Shown here piece after piece: positions 43,169-53,836 of a stretch of 64,000 nucleotides of DNA. The stretch spans positions 6,036 to 70,035 of the forward strand of contig CBDHEH010000001.1 in NCBI GenBank assembly GCA_965261995.1. The letters run 5' to 3'. The number at the start of each line of letters is the position of its first letter. Within the stretch, counting starts at the first letter, position 1. Origin of the DNA: Dehalococcoidia bacterium. Lineage in GTDB: Bacteria; Chloroflexota; Dehalococcoidia; Lucifugimonadales; Lucifugimonadaceae. The notes below the pieces were generated by a model. That model saw only the letters and a program-made list of their open reading frames with translations. It was not told where the DNA came from and did not search any database. Both the position numbers and the translations under genes were made by a program.

Positions 43169-43552
43169 CTAATGCGATGGCGCACGGCGCCTGCCGGCCA
43201 CGGTTTGGCGACGGCCTCGTTTCGTGCGTGCGTTTGTCTTGGTTCTTTGACCCCGAACCGGCAACCCCCGGCGATGCCGCAGGCCACGGTAGCTCTGGAT
43301 TTCGACCAACCGTCGGACGTTCATCTGATTTTCACGTCGAAGATCACCCTCGATCGCGATTCCAGCGCGCTCGACGCTGTTCCTGATCGCAGCCAAATCC
43401 TCATCGCTCAGGTCACGCATGCGCGTGCCCGAAGCGATGCCGAGGTTGGCCGTGATATCGGTGGCGCGTTTCGGGCCTATCCCGTAAATCCCGGTGAGGC
43501 CGATAACGACGCGTAGATTGTCAGATATGTTTACTCCGGCGATGATTGCCAT
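43169..43552 (-). CDS. rpsM: 30S ribosomal protein S13
   Basis: MAIIAGVNI...IYGIGPKRA...[23 protein letters not shown]. Confidence 0.96.
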   Translation of the reverse strand: MAIIAGVNISDNLRVVIGLTGIYGIGPKRATDITANLGIASGTRMRDLSDEDLAAIRNSVERAGIAIEGDLRRENQMNVRRLVEIQSYRGLRHRRGLPVRGQRTKTNARTKRGRRQTVAGRRRAPSH

Positions 43553-43571
43553 TGCAAATCTCCTTAGATTC

Positions 43572-43688
43572 TTAGCCTTGCCGCTGCTTGAAGCGCGGAT
43601 TCTGCTTGTTAATTACGTAGACGCGACCCTTACGCCGCACCACACGGCTCCCAGGTTGCTTCGCTTTGACGGAAGCTCTAACTTTCAT
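43572..43688 (-). CDS. rpmJ: 50S ribosomal protein L36 (Cys-less form)
   Basis: Below the track cutoff. Reverse-strand [41 protein letters not shown], in the canonical position between infA and rpsM. Confidence 0.9.
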   Translation of the reverse strand: MKVRASVKAKQPGSRVVRRKGRVYVINKQNPRFKQRQG

Positions 43689-43711
43689 GCTGCTGTTACC
43701 TCGCTTGATTT

Positions 43712-43930
43712 CTAACGGAAGCGGTACGTGATCCTGCCGCGCGTCAAGTCATAGGGAGACAGCTCCACCATGACGTTGTCTCCCGGCAAGATGCGGATGT
43801 AGTTCTTCCGGATTCTGCCAGATGCGTGTGCCAGGACTTCGTGATCGTTGGGCAGCTTCACCCGGAAGTATGCGTTCGGGTGCGCTTGCGTCACCGTTCC
43901 CTGTACTTCTATTGCTTCTTTTTTGGCCAT
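43712..43930 (-). CDS. infA: Translation initiation factor IF-1
   Basis: [26 protein letters not shown]...[14 protein letters not shown]...[10 protein letters not shown]. Confidence 0.95.
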   Translation of the reverse strand: MAKKEAIEVQGTVTQAHPNAYFRVKLPNDHEVLAHASGRIRKNYIRILPGDNVMVELSPYDLTRGRITYRFR

Positions 43931-43956
43931 TTTTGCACCAGACTGGTGATTTGTCA

Positions 43957-44754
43957 TCAAACTTGACGAGCCAGCGTTAAAATTTCCGGTCCGTCAGCGG
44001 TTATTGCCACGGTATGTTCAAAATGCGCTGACAACGAGCGATCTGCAGTGACAACGGTCCATCCATCGTCCATGACCTCGGTCTCCCAAGATCCCGTCAT
44101 TATCATCGGCTCGATTGCGATGGTCATACCTTCCATCAATAGCGGACCCGTTCCAGGGGTGCCGAAGTTCGGCACCGGCGGTGCTTCATGCAACGCGCGC
44201 CCCACGCCGTGTCCTACGTACTCGCGTACCAATTCGAAGCCCGCGTCGCGAACATATTGTTCAACGGCATCCGAAACGTCGCCGATGCGATTGTGCGGCA
44301 TGCATTGCGCGATGCCACGCACCAGCGACTCGCGGCAAACATCGACCAATCGGCTACTTTCCTCGTCGGCGGATTCGCCGGCGACGGCGGTACGCGCGCA
44401 ATCGCTGTAAAAGCCATCTACTATCGCGCCGCAATCTACGCTAACCAAGTCGCCATCGGAGACTACGCGCTGCCCAGGAATGCCATGGACAATCTCGGCG
44501 TTAAGCGAGATGCATGCCACTGCGGGGAAACCGTAGAGACCGAGAAACGCGGGTTTCGCTCCCTCGGCGCTGATCTTTCGCCTTGCGATGTCGTCTAGCT
44601 CAGCGGTTGTGACACCGGGTTCCAAAGCGTCGAAAACCGCATCCAATGCGACGGCCACAACATGGCCTGCCGATCGCATCGCATCCAGTTCACGCGTGCT
44701 TTTCAGCGCGATACGGCGAGCCGTATCCACGTTGCTCGTGAGACTATCCTTCAA
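43957..44754 (-). CDS. map: Type I methionine aminopeptidase
   Basis: ...[13 protein letters not shown]...[10 protein letters not shown]...IEPM. Confidence 0.93.
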   Translation of the reverse strand: MKDSLTSNVDTARRIALKSTRELDAMRSAGHVVAVALDAVFDALEPGVTTAELDDIARRKISAEGAKPAFLGLYGFPAVACISLNAEIVHGIPGQRVVSDGDLVSVDCGAIVDGFYSDCARTAVAGESADEESSRLVDVCRESLVRGIAQCMPHNRIGDVSDAVEQYVRDAGFELVREYVGHGVGRALHEAPPVPNFGTPGTGPLLMEGMTIAIEPMIMTGSWETEVMDDGWTVVTADRSLSAHFEHTVAITADGPEILTLARQV

Positions 44755-44831
44755 AACGCAACTTCATTCGCAATTGTAACCGAACCTTCGCTCTTCGTCC
44801 GTTCGATCCGATCGCAGCTTAATGCTCTGCT

Positions 44832-45383
44832 TCAAGCAACAGCACCCATCAAACGTTCTTGTACATCGTTTATCGTGCCCAAGGCATCCACCTCAATCAC
44901 TCGACCGCCGTCACGATAGTAATCCACCACCGGCGCTGTCTCGCGGTTGTAGACACCCATGCGATTCCGAATCGCTTCCGGTTCATCGTCGACACGACCT
45001 TCGATTTCACGGCGCTTTTCGAGCCGGCCAACCAGTTCGTCGACATCAACGTTGAAGAAGATGACCTTGTCTAGGGACACGCCGGCTGTGGCCAGTTGGT
45101 CGTCCAAAGATGCAGCTTGGATAACAGTGCGCGGGAAACCATCTAGGATCACGTTTTCGGTTTCGGCCAAGCGGGCTTTGATCATGTCGATCACGGTTTC
45201 GTCGGGAACCAAATCGCCCTTGTCATAAAAGGTCTTGGCGAACTTGCCCAGTTCGGTTTCACGAGTCATCTCGTCTCTGATCAAATCGCCAGTCGAAAGG
45301 TGTACGTAACCGAGTTTCTCGGTCAGAATGGCGGCCTGCGTCCCTTTGCCGGCGCCAGGAGGTCCTAGAAACACGATTCGCAT
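44832..45383 (-). CDS. adk: Adenylate kinase (short-lid form)
   Basis: MRIVFLGPPGAGKGTQA...; 183 aa with no Cys4 lid. Confidence 0.95.
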   Translation of the reverse strand: MRIVFLGPPGAGKGTQAAILTEKLGYVHLSTGDLIRDEMTRETELGKFAKTFYDKGDLVPDETVIDMIKARLAETENVILDGFPRTVIQAASLDDQLATAGVSLDKVIFFNVDVDELVGRLEKRREIEGRVDDEPEAIRNRMGVYNRETAPVVDYYRDGGRVIEVDALGTINDVQERLMGAVA

Positions 45384-45440
45384 CTCACTCCCCCCGAGCG
45401 AACGGCGCGCTCAACTCTTCAACAATTCGGGAAGCGACGA

Positions 45441-46796
45441 TCACGATCGGACAAAACCCTCGTAATTGCGCATCATCAGTTGCGCTTCGAGCTGGCGCAT
45501 GGTGTCTAATGCGACCCCGACCATGATGATCATGCTCGTGCTCTGGATCAATGTCAGCGATGCTTCCAAGTTAGTGATCAGATTGGCTATCCATGGAGTG
45601 ATAGCGATAACGCCTAGGAAGATCGCGCCCGCCCACGTGATTCGCAACACAATGCGCATCAAGTATTCCCGCGTCGGTTGTCCAGGTCGAATGCCGGGCA
45701 CGAAACCGCCGTTCCGCTGAAGATTTTCGGCGAGGTTCTGTTGGTTGTGCACAACCAGTGCATAGAAAAAGGTGAAGCCGACGGTCAATACAAATATCAA
45801 CGCCCAATAAGGGTCGCTCGTGAATGTCAGCGTTCGCGTGACCCAACTTGCAGCCTGAGCTGTGAAGCTGCTGCTGCTCGGGTCCGCGAGGTAGGTGGCG
45901 ATAGTCGCCGGCAGGGTGACGATGGAAAAGGCGAAGATTAGCGGAATCATACCGGCGGCGTTAACGCGTAGCGGTATGAAAGAAGCGCCCGTTTGCCTGT
46001 ACATCTGACCACCGCGGAACACACTTCGTCCGTACTGCACCGGTACGCGCCGTTGAGCCTCATTGAAGATCACCACCACGAAGATGATGATGAGCATCAT
46101 CGCAACCAGCATCGTGACTTGGAACGCCTGGTCACGAAGCGCCCACATCTGACCAGCGGTCTGTGGGAGGGAGGCGACAATGCCAGCAAAGATGATTAAC
46201 GAGATACCGTTGCCGATGCCCTTCTCTGTAACGATTTCGCCCATCCACACCAAGAGCATCGTCGTCGCGGTCATGCAGAGGATGATTGTTGTGGTATTCA
46301 TCCACTCGCCGCCGCCAAGACCGATACCGGTGATGGCTCCTTGCAGTTCGAGGGTGTTCAGCAACGCCCAACCTTGGAGAATTGCCAACGGCACTGTGAG
46401 GTAATGGGTATACCGGTTGAGCGTGCGACGTCCGGCTTCCCCACCTTCACGCGAGAGTTCTCGGAGTTGCGGAATGACCGGAGTCAATACCTGCAAGATA
46501 ATCGATGCGGTGATGTAGGGATAGACACCCATCGCGGCGATGCTGAGTTGGCTCAACGCGCCACCGCTGAAGAGGTCCAAAACTCCGAATACCGGGTTCG
46601 CCTCGAACGCTCGTTCGAGCAGTTCGAGGTCTACGCCCGGGTTCGGGACATGCGCCAAGAATCTGAACGCTACGAGGATGCCGAGCGTGAAGAGAATTCT
46701 GAAGCGCAGGTCCGGGACACGCCACGAATCGACGACAGCTCGGAAGAGTGCCGGCAGTGCGGATTCGCGTCCGGTTTGGGCTCCAGTAGTTTGCAT
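45441..46796 (-). CDS. secY: Preprotein translocase subunit SecY
   Basis: 451 aa, 10 TM helices, in the canonical position between rplO and adk. Confidence 0.95.
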   Translation of the reverse strand: MQTTGAQTGRESALPALFRAVVDSWRVPDLRFRILFTLGILVAFRFLAHVPNPGVDLELLERAFEANPVFGVLDLFSGGALSQLSIAAMGVYPYITASIILQVLTPVIPQLRELSREGGEAGRRTLNRYTHYLTVPLAILQGWALLNTLELQGAITGIGLGGGEWMNTTTIILCMTATTMLLVWMGEIVTEKGIGNGISLIIFAGIVASLPQTAGQMWALRDQAFQVTMLVAMMLIIIFVVVIFNEAQRRVPVQYGRSVFRGGQMYRQTGASFIPLRVNAAGMIPLIFAFSIVTLPATIATYLADPSSSSFTAQAASWVTRTLTFTSDPYWALIFVLTVGFTFFYALVVHNQQNLAENLQRNGGFVPGIRPGQPTREYLMRIVLRITWAGAIFLGVIAITPWIANLITNLEASLTLIQSTSMIIMVGVALDTMRQLEAQLMMRNYEGFVRS

Positions 46797-46820
46797 TGGG
46801 TTTTAAGATGCCGCTTTGGC

Positions 46821-47300
46821 TTACTCGTCTGAGGTCGAGTCTTCGGACGCACTCGCGCCGCCGATAAGCGTAATGCTGCCACCTGCGGCTTCGATTTTAA
46901 CCCGTGCGCTGGCGGAACAGGCATGCACCGTCAGGTGGACGCTTCCTCCAATTTCGCCATCACCTAGAAGCTTGATGTTCACCCCTGTATTGCGGACGAT
47001 GCGGTTCGCCACGAGTTCATCCGGCCCGATCTGTGAGCCGTTCTCGAACATGTTCAAACTAGCGACGTTGACGGGGGAGTATTCAACGCGAAACTTGTTC
47101 GTGAAGCCGCGCATAAATGGCAGTCGCTTGACCAAGCGTAGCTGACCGCCCTCGAACAGGAACGGTACCTTGCCGGTCTGCAGCTGACCTTTGCTGCCTC
47201 GCCCGGAGTACGAGCCGCTACCGCTGCCATCTCCACGCCCAACACGCTTGCGCTTGCGGCGCGAACGATCGGCCGGTCTTAGTTGATGCAATCCTGGCAT
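46821..47300 (-). CDS. rplO: 50S ribosomal protein L15
   Basis: L..LRPADRSRRKRKRVGRGDGSGSGSYSGRGSKGQ. Confidence 0.95.
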   Translation of the reverse strand: MPGLHQLRPADRSRRKRKRVGRGDGSGSGSYSGRGSKGQLQTGKVPFLFEGGQLRLVKRLPFMRGFTNKFRVEYSPVNVASLNMFENGSQIGPDELVANRIVRNTGVNIKLLGDGEIGGSVHLTVHACSASARVKIEAAGGSITLIGGASASEDSTSDE

Positions 47301-47320
47301 TTCGTTAACTCGTCTTTGCT

Positions 47321-47497
47321 TCAGGAAACGATTTCGACCAAGTGGGAGACCCTCTTGACCATTCCACGTATCTGAACGGTGTCTTGCTTCGTAACGACGT
47401 GATTGATGCGCCGCAGGCCGAGAGCTTTGAGCGTCGCGCGTTGTTTGGGAATAGACCCGATCCCGCTACGAACTTGTTTGATGCTTATCTCGCTCAT
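47321..47497 (-). CDS. rpmD: 50S ribosomal protein L30
   Basis: Below the track cutoff. [58 protein letters not shown]. Its ATG overlaps the rpsE stop (ATGA). Confidence 0.92.
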   Translation of the reverse strand: MSEISIKQVRSGIGSIPKQRATLKALGLRRINHVVTKQDTVQIRGMVKRVSHLVEIVS

Positions 47498-48291
47498 GAC
47501 GAATTTTCGCTCTCGTCTTCAGCGGTTGGGACATCAACGACAGGTTCGGTCGTCGCCACTACCTCGCCTGAAACTTCTTCGCTTACAGGTTCGCTAGTCT
47601 CGGCGTTCGCGTCATCTGCCGGAACTTCAGTTGATGTTTCAGTCGATGCCTCAGTAACTTCGACCGGTTCGGCCTCCGTTGATGCGGCTTCGACAGGTTC
47701 AACTTCGGGAGCCGTCACCTCAGGGGTGTGAATTCGGTCGAGCCCGAGCCTTCGAGCGCGTTCCCTCTGTGGGTCTTTCAGCAGCGACAATGCCTTCAAG
47801 GTAGCCCGCACGGTATTAACCGGATTGCTGCCACCGTACGTCTTCGATAGCACATCTTGGATACCGGCTGCTTCGATCACCGCGCGCACACCGCCGCCAG
47901 CGATAACGCCCGTTCCAGGCTTAGCTGGCAACAGCAATACTTTGGCGCTGCCGTACTTCGCAAAAACCTCATGCGGGATTGTGCCACCTAAGGTCGTAAC
48001 CGGCTCCATCGCCCGTTCCGCGTTTTGCCGTCCCTTCCGGACGGCGTCGGGAACGGAAGCAGCTTTGCCGAGGGCTGCGCCAACTCGGCCGTTGTAATCG
48101 CCAACGACCATCATGGCGCTAAACGAAAGGTTCCTGCCGCCCTTGACGACCTTGGAGACACGGCGGATCTTGACCGCGCGCTCGAAAAGTTCGGGCCCTT
48201 CGGGGGCCTCATCTCGGCGCGGTCGACGTCGTTGTCTACCGCGACGGTCACCATCTGAACGTCTATCGCGAGTGTTGGTTTGAGTAACCAT
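47494..48291 (-). CDS. rpsE: 30S ribosomal protein S5 with a long acidic C-terminal extension
   Basis: S5 core [23 protein letters not shown]..., then about 90 extra residues rich in E/T/V/P. Confidence 0.95.
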   Translation of the reverse strand: MVTQTNTRDRRSDGDRRGRQRRRPRRDEAPEGPELFERAVKIRRVSKVVKGGRNLSFSAMMVVGDYNGRVGAALGKAASVPDAVRKGRQNAERAMEPVTTLGGTIPHEVFAKYGSAKVLLLPAKPGTGVIAGGGVRAVIEAAGIQDVLSKTYGGSNPVNTVRATLKALSLLKDPQRERARRLGLDRIHTPEVTAPEVEPVEAASTEAEPVEVTEASTETSTEVPADDANAETSEPVSEEVSGEVVATTEPVVDVPTAEDESENSS

Positions 48292-48293
48292 GG

Positions 48294-48650
48294 TTAAAAC
48301 TTGAGGCCTTCCGCACGGGCAGCTTCGGCCAATGCCTTCACGCGTCCGTGATATCGATATCCGCCGCGGTCGAACACCACCTGTTTGATGCCCAGCTCAA
48401 TCGCACGTTGCGCGACTGCGGTGCCAACGCTCTTGGCGGAGTCAATTTTTCCAGCGTTATCAACACCAGACTCAACTGAAGACGCAGCGGTCAACGTGTG
48501 ACCTGCGCCATCGTCGATAACTTGGGCGTAGATCTGTTTGTTGCTTCGGAACACCGAGAGTCGCGGTCGATCGTTGAGTCCAATTACTCGCCGACGTAAG
48601 CGGCGGTGGCGTATCCAACGTGGTCGATTGTCGAACTTCCTGTTAGCCAT
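48294..48650 (-). CDS. rplR: 50S ribosomal protein L18
   Basis: [22 protein letters not shown]...[21 protein letters not shown] at 48650. Confidence 0.95.
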   Translation of the reverse strand: MANRKFDNRPRWIRHRRLRRRVIGLNDRPRLSVFRSNKQIYAQVIDDGAGHTLTAASSVESGVDNAGKIDSAKSVGTAVAQRAIELGIKQVVFDRGGYRYHGRVKALAEAARAEGLKF

Positions 48651-48657
48651 CTTTCGA

Positions 48658-49227
48658 TTAACCTCCGACACCCGCGACGGTCTTGCCCACGCGTAGCCGC
48701 AGTTGTTCGCCTTGATAAGTGATCCCGAAGAGGGGAACCCGCCCAGCCTTGCTCTGGAATCGGCTCGGTTTGCGGACGGCGCGAATCGTCGCCGCTTGCT
48801 GGCCAACTTCCTGTTTGTCTGGACCGGTGACAATGATCGTAGTGTTTCCGTCGACGCTCAAAGAGTTCTTGCCGATCGGCTCGACTTCAACCGGGTGCGA
48901 AAACCCGGCGAGCAGTTCCAAGCCGTTGCCTTTCTGCGCGGCACGATATCCGGTGCCGTACATGATCAGGCGCTTCGTGAAGCCTTCGCTGACGCCGACC
49001 ACCATATTGTTGACTAAGCTGCGTGTCAGACCATGCTTCGCACGTTGGTCTCGAGTTTCGTTGGACCGGGTCACAAGGATTTGAGAATCTTCGATCTCAA
49101 CGTTGATACCGTCATGGAGATTTCGGCTGAGTTCGCCCAACTGTCCCTTTACCGTGACTTCACGACCGGCGACTTTTACGTCGACGCCGTTAGGCACCGT
49201 GATTGGGTTTTTTCCTACTCTGGACAT
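48658..49227 (-). CDS. rplF: 50S ribosomal protein L6
   Basis: [19 protein letters not shown]... Confidence 0.96.
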   Translation of the reverse strand: MSRVGKNPITVPNGVDVKVAGREVTVKGQLGELSRNLHDGINVEIEDSQILVTRSNETRDQRAKHGLTRSLVNNMVVGVSEGFTKRLIMYGTGYRAAQKGNGLELLAGFSHPVEVEPIGKNSLSVDGNTTIIVTGPDKQEVGQQAATIRAVRKPSRFQSKAGRVPLFGITYQGEQLRLRVGKTVAGVGG

Positions 49228-49265
49228 CTTGATATATCCCGTTCGAATTGATCTGATTGCTCAGA

Positions 49266-49667
49266 TCACCAGACGTAAAAGAGCAACTCTCCGCCGACAC
49301 CGGAACGGCGCGCTTGATCCGAAGTCATCACGCCTTTGGAGGTCGAAAGAAATGCTACGCCACGACCGCCAAAATATCGCGGTATCTCGTGTTTGCCAAC
49401 GTAGACGCGTCGTCCCGGTGTGCTGATCCGCTTGAGTCCGGTGATCACCGATTCGTCGTCTTCTTCGTAGTAACGAAGCTTGACTTCGAAATCGGCCTTC
49501 ACGCCGTCTCGGTGCGTTTCAACGTTCACGATGAAACCTTCGTCGCGCAATAGGCGCAGAAGTGAACGCTTCATCTTCGAATGCGGTATCGACACCGTGT
49601 CGTGGTGTGACATGACGGCATTTCGAATGCGCGTCAGCATGTCTGATATTGGATCGGTAACTGGCAT
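49266..49667 (-). CDS. rpsH: 30S ribosomal protein S8
   Basis: DPISDMLTRIRNA... Confidence 0.96.
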   Translation of the reverse strand: MPVTDPISDMLTRIRNAVMSHHDTVSIPHSKMKRSLLRLLRDEGFIVNVETHRDGVKADFEVKLRYYEEDDESVITGLKRISTPGRRVYVGKHEIPRYFGGRGVAFLSTSKGVMTSDQARRSGVGGELLFYVW

Positions 49668-49709
49668 ATCTCTGTTGGTTCGATGTCCTCGCCTGTCGGC
49701 GTTCGGTGT

Positions 49710-50015
49710 CTAGAGGCTGGCCTTCCGGATCCCGGGCAAATTGCCGAGATGCGCTTGTTGGCGGAAGACAATTCGGCACAAACCGAAAAATCGGATGTAT
49801 CCATTCGGTCGGCCGGTTGCAAAGCACCGGTTCCGCTGTCGAATACGGCTCGAGTTCTTTGGGAGCAGGTGCAACAAGCGCCTTGCTTCCATCTGTTCTT
49901 CGAATGAACGACTGGTATCGTTGGCCACCCGTTTCAGTTCTTCGCGTCGCTGCGCGTACTTCTCCACGAGAAGAGCACGCTTTTTTTCACGTTCGATGAT
50001 TGCTTTGCGAGCCAT
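49710..50015 (-). CDS. rpsN: 30S ribosomal protein S14 (long form)
   Basis: MARKAIIEREKKR...RNRCFATGRPNGYIRFFGLCRI. Confidence 0.95.
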   Translation of the reverse strand: MARKAIIEREKKRALLVEKYAQRREELKRVANDTSRSFEEQMEARRLLHLLPKNSSRIRQRNRCFATGRPNGYIRFFGLCRIVFRQQAHLGNLPGIRKASL

Positions 50016-50075
50016 TGGTTTTTTCGTCTACTTTTCGTGCCGAATCTAGCGGCGGTTAAGTTTTCGGTGGGCAGA

Positions 50076-50651
50076 TCAGCGTCCTGTCGCAAACGGCATG
50101 CCCAAAAGTTCGAGCAACCTGCGACCTTCCTCGTCGGTGCGAGCAGTGGTCACAATTGCAACCTGCAACCCGCGCAACCTGTCTATCTGATTGTAGTCAA
50201 TCTCGGGGAAAACAACCTGCTCGGAGAGTCCCAAACTGTAATTGCCATTACCGTCGAACGAGTTCCGATTGGTGCCGCGGAAGTCGCGGACGCGGGGTAG
50301 TGCTACACTCACCAACCGGTCGTAGAACTGCCACATTCGGTGCGAACGCAACGTGACCGATGCGCCGATCGGCATGCCTTCCCGCAGTTTGAAGTTCGCA
50401 ATCGACTTCTTGGCGCGGTTCACGATCGGCTTTTGTCCCGTGATCGTCGCGATGTCACCAGTCGCTGCGTCAAGCGAGTTCGAGTTGTCGATCGCCTCGC
50501 CAAGTCCAATGTTGACGATGATCTTGTCAAGAACTGGCAACTGCATCGGGTTGGTGTACCCGAATTCACGGGTGAGCACCGAAGTAACTTCCGATCGGTA
50601 CCGCGACAATAGACGCGGCATCGTCGTTGCGCTGCCGTTTGAACTAGCCAT
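50076..50651 (-). CDS. rplE: 50S ribosomal protein L5
   Basis: [11 protein letters not shown]...[14 protein letters not shown]. The start could instead be the internal ATG at 50621. Confidence 0.95.
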   Translation of the reverse strand: MASSNGSATTMPRLLSRYRSEVTSVLTREFGYTNPMQLPVLDKIIVNIGLGEAIDNSNSLDAATGDIATITGQKPIVNRAKKSIANFKLREGMPIGASVTLRSHRMWQFYDRLVSVALPRVRDFRGTNRNSFDGNGNYSLGLSEQVVFPEIDYNQIDRLRGLQVAIVTTARTDEEGRRLLELLGMPFATGR

Positions 50652-50955
50652 TGCGCGCCCCCTTTATCGTTCTGACGCGGGTACCGTCTTCGAGTTCTCG
50701 CCATCGGACGCGGCCAGCCTCACCAGTGTCTGCATCGACGAGCACGACATTCGAGATGTGTATCGACGCTTCCCCTTCGACGATGCCGGTCTGCATGACG
50801 CCGCGGCGACGGCCCATGTGACGCTTGACCATATTCACGCCTTCGACGAAGACGCGTTGCTTCTTGAGGTTGACCGCGATAACGTTGCCGCGCGATCCTC
50901 GGTCCTTACCGGACACAACGAGGACGGTGTCCCCTCTTTTGATCTTGTTAGGCAT
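50644..50955 (-). CDS. rplX: 50S ribosomal protein L24
   Basis: [19 protein letters not shown]; KOW motif. Confidence 0.95.
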   Translation of the reverse strand: MPNKIKRGDTVLVVSGKDRGSRGNVIAVNLKKQRVFVEGVNMVKRHMGRRRGVMQTGIVEGEASIHISNVVLVDADTGEAGRVRWRELEDGTRVRTIKGARNG

Positions 50956-50965
50956 TGGGTTTCTT

Positions 50966-51334
50966 CTACAGAACTTCAGGAGCTAACGACACGATGCGGT
51001 TAAATTCGCGCTCGCGCAGTTCGCGAGCTACCGGGCCAAATATGCGCGTGCCACGCGGGTTGCCGTCGTCAGCAACGATCACGCAGGCGTTGTCATCAAA
51101 CTTGATGTACGAGCCGTCGACCCGCCGGTATTCCTTGGACGTTCGAACGATGACCGCCTTGACTACTTCGTGCATACCGACCGCTCCACCCGGTTGTGCG
51201 TCTTTGACCGCGCATGTGATTACGTCGCCTAGCCCAGCGTACCGGCGGTTGCCAGATCCGGTCAAGTTGATACAGAGAACCTCTCGTGCACCCGAATTGT
51301 CGGCTACTCGAAGGCGTGACTCTCGCTGAATCAT
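50966..51334 (-). CDS. rplN: 50S ribosomal protein L14
   Basis: [19 protein letters not shown]. Confidence 0.97.
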   Translation of the reverse strand: MIQRESRLRVADNSGAREVLCINLTGSGNRRYAGLGDVITCAVKDAQPGGAVGMHEVVKAVIVRTSKEYRRVDGSYIKFDDNACVIVADDGNPRGTRIFGPVARELREREFNRIVSLAPEVL

Positions 51335-51651
51335 TGCTGCCCATCTCCAATCGCAACGTCTTGTTGGTCGATCTCCGACGGAGCGTCATCAGGAGCGACG
51401 ACATCGACACGATCCACGATTTGACGCAGACGCCAACGCTTCGTCTTTGACAACGGGCGATGCTCCTCGATGACAACGCGGTCGCCAATTGACGCTTCGT
51501 TGTTTTCATCGTGAGCAACGAACTTTGTAATACGTCGACGACTGCGCTTGTAAATTCGGTGCCGTTGCGACCACGAATAAGCGACGACAATCGTCTTGTC
51601 GTTCTTGTCGCGGATCACCGTACCGGTGCGCGTTTTCCGTATGCCTGCCAT
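51331..51651 (-). CDS. rpsQ: 30S ribosomal protein S17
   Basis: [18 protein letters not shown]...[17 protein letters not shown]. Confidence 0.95.
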   Translation of the reverse strand: MAGIRKTRTGTVIRDKNDKTIVVAYSWSQRHRIYKRSRRRITKFVAHDENNEASIGDRVVIEEHRPLSKTKRWRLRQIVDRVDVVAPDDAPSEIDQQDVAIGDGQQ

Positions 51652-51698
51652 CTACTTGAATATCCTCAACTCTGTGATGTTTATTCTGGTCGCCAAAC

Positions 51699-51920
51699 TT
51701 ATGACGAACTCTCGTCCAAGCCCAAGTCTCTTACGATCTGTCGCTCTTTAAGGACGGTGTGAATACGTGCGATCGTTCGACGTGTGTCTCGCAACGCATT
51801 GGTGTTCGTCAATTGGCGCGTTGTCTTCTGAAAACGTAGATTCATCAACGCTCGCTCCTGTTGGGACAACTCCCGGTAGAGCTCGACGTTATCCAATTCT
51901 CTAACTTCTGTGATGTGCAT
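51699..51920 (-). CDS. rpmC: 50S ribosomal protein L29
   Basis: 73 aa, LREL...ALMNLRFQ pattern, in the canonical position. Confidence 0.92.
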   Translation of the reverse strand: MHITEVRELDNVELYRELSQQERALMNLRFQKTTRQLTNTNALRDTRRTIARIHTVLKERQIVRDLGLDESSS

Positions 51921-51958
51921 TTGATCAATACCTGTTAGGTTTCAAACCGCGATCGCGC

Positions 51959-52375
51959 TTACAGTTCGTCAGCACGCGAGACGATTTTGACCGCCATCGG
52001 AAATTTGGCCCCGGCGCGGCGCAGTGCCTCGCGAGCAGCCGCTTCCGAGACGTCGGCAATTTCGTAGATGATCCTCCCGCGTCGCACTGGCGCAACCCAG
52101 TGATCTACGGCACCCTTGCCGCCGCCCATTCGGGTCTCCGCTGGTCGTGACGAAACGGGTTTGTCGGGGAAGATGCGGATCCAAACTTGACCGCCACGTT
52201 GGACGTAACCAGTGATTGCTCGTCGGCCTGACTCGATCTGTCGAGACGTAACCCAACTCGCGTCAACGGCCTTTAGGCCAAAATCACCGAACGCCAACGC
52301 GCTACCACGATTCGAAACGCCTTTCATTTTCCCGCGGTGCTGCTTGCGGAACTTTGTTCTCCTTGGTTGTAGCAT
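51959..52375 (-). CDS. rplP: 50S ribosomal protein L16
   Basis: [19 protein letters not shown]. Confidence 0.97.
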   Translation of the reverse strand: MLQPRRTKFRKQHRGKMKGVSNRGSALAFGDFGLKAVDASWVTSRQIESGRRAITGYVQRGGQVWIRIFPDKPVSSRPAETRMGGGKGAVDHWVAPVRRGRIIYEIADVSEAAAREALRRAGAKFPMAVKIVSRADEL

Positions 52376-52425
52376 CTCTAAGGACCCTCAATCGTTTCAT
52401 CGAAATGACACGATTCTTCAGTCGG

Positions 52426-53136
52426 TTATCGGCGGTGCCTCGGTGCGCGACCCAGTCCGATGGGCGACACGCCGGAATTCCCCTCGCGTTGCAATCGGCC
52501 TTCCGCGGGCATGTCTCCAGTAAAAATCCAGACCTTTATGCCGATAACGCCGAAAGTCGTGTACGCCTCCGAAACCGCGTAGTCGATCTTGGCGCGCAAC
52601 GTGTGCAGGGGGACTCGCCCCTCCATCTGCTTGTCAACGCGGGCAATCTCGGCTCCGCCCAATCGGCCGGACACCACTACCTTGATTCCTTCGGCACCCG
52701 AATCCATCGTCCGTTGCATCGACATCCGCACCGCTCGCCGGTAAGGTATTCGTCGCTCGAGCTGTTCCGCCAGGCTCTGGCCCACCAGTTTCGCATCGAG
52801 TTCTGGAACCTTGATCTCGTTGGCCGATATTCGGACGCGTCGACCAGTTGAGCGTTCAATCAAATGTCGCAAGCGATCGATCCGTTGACCATTGCGACCG
52901 ATGATGATTCCGGGCCGACTCGTGAATACGTTGATGCTGATCTCGCCACCGCCGCGGTCGATGTCGACGCGTGATATCGCGCCCTCGCCTTGATATTCGC
53001 GGGCGACAATCTCACGAATCTGGTAGTCCTCTTGAACCAGTTCACGGTAACCGTCTGGTTTCCCGGCAAACCAATTCGAACGCCAATCAGCTGAAATGCC
53101 GAGGCGAAATCCTATCGGATGTATCTTCTGTCCCAT
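52426..53136 (-). CDS. rpsC: 30S ribosomal protein S3
   Basis: MGQKIHPIGFRLGI... Confidence 0.97.
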   Translation of the reverse strand: MGQKIHPIGFRLGISADWRSNWFAGKPDGYRELVQEDYQIREIVAREYQGEGAISRVDIDRGGGEISINVFTSRPGIIIGRNGQRIDRLRHLIERSTGRRVRISANEIKVPELDAKLVGQSLAEQLERRIPYRRAVRMSMQRTMDSGAEGIKVVVSGRLGGAEIARVDKQMEGRVPLHTLRAKIDYAVSEAYTTFGVIGIKVWIFTGDMPAEGRLQREGNSGVSPIGLGRAPRHRR

Positions 53137-53183
53137 GTATTGTCCGTTCGTTCGGAATTAGGCGACGTATCGTCGCCATGGTC

Positions 53184-53513
53184 CTATGCCTCGTCTACCT
53201 CGATAGTGATAAGTGCGGTCGGGCGGTTGAACGCACCGGCACGACCACGCGCCTTAGGCCGAAATCGCTTCATCGTAACCGTCTGGTCGGCGACAATGCG
53301 CTTGATTACCAGCGCCTCGCGATCCTGCAAATCATTGTTTTCAGCGTTCGCAGCGGCCGCATGCAAGACCTTGAAGATCTCCCCCGCACTCGGCGAGGTC
53401 ATATATCGCAGATATGCCAGCGCGTCGTCCACTTTCATGCCGCGCACCTCGTCCATCACAAGCCGCAGCTTCTTGGCGGAGATTCCGATGTTCTTGGCTC
53501 GTGCGATTGCCAT
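53184..53513 (-). CDS. rplV: 50S ribosomal protein L22
   Basis: ISAKKLRLVMDEVRG... Confidence 0.95.
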   Translation of the reverse strand: MAIARAKNIGISAKKLRLVMDEVRGMKVDDALAYLRYMTSPSAGEIFKVLHAAAANAENNDLQDREALVIKRIVADQTVTMKRFRPKARGRAGAFNRPTALITIEVDEA

Positions 53514-53525
53514 CTATTCAGTTCC

Positions 53526-53789
53526 TCAGCGGTTCCCTGCGTGAGAACGAAATACTCTCGTCGCCGAGAACTCGCCCAAACGGTGACCTACCATGTTCTC
53601 GGTTACCAACACTGGTACGAACGTGCGCCCGTTGTGCACGGCAAACGTCAGGCCAACCATGTCCGGCATGATCGTCGACGCACGCGCCCAAGTGCGGATC
53701 GCTCCGCGCGTCCGTTCGCGCCTGGCCTTGTCGACCTTTTTCATCAGCTTGGGATCCACGAATGGTCCCTTCTTGACTGACCTGCTCAT
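53526..53789 (-). CDS. rpsS: 30S ribosomal protein S19
   Basis: [12 protein letters not shown]...HNGRTFVPV. Confidence 0.97.
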   Translation of the reverse strand: MSRSVKKGPFVDPKLMKKVDKARRERTRGAIRTWARASTIMPDMVGLTFAVHNGRTFVPVLVTENMVGHRLGEFSATRVFRSHAGNR

Positions 53790-53836
53790 ATGCTTGTAAC
53801 CCGTCTATCGATTCGATTTCGTCTTGACCGACACGA

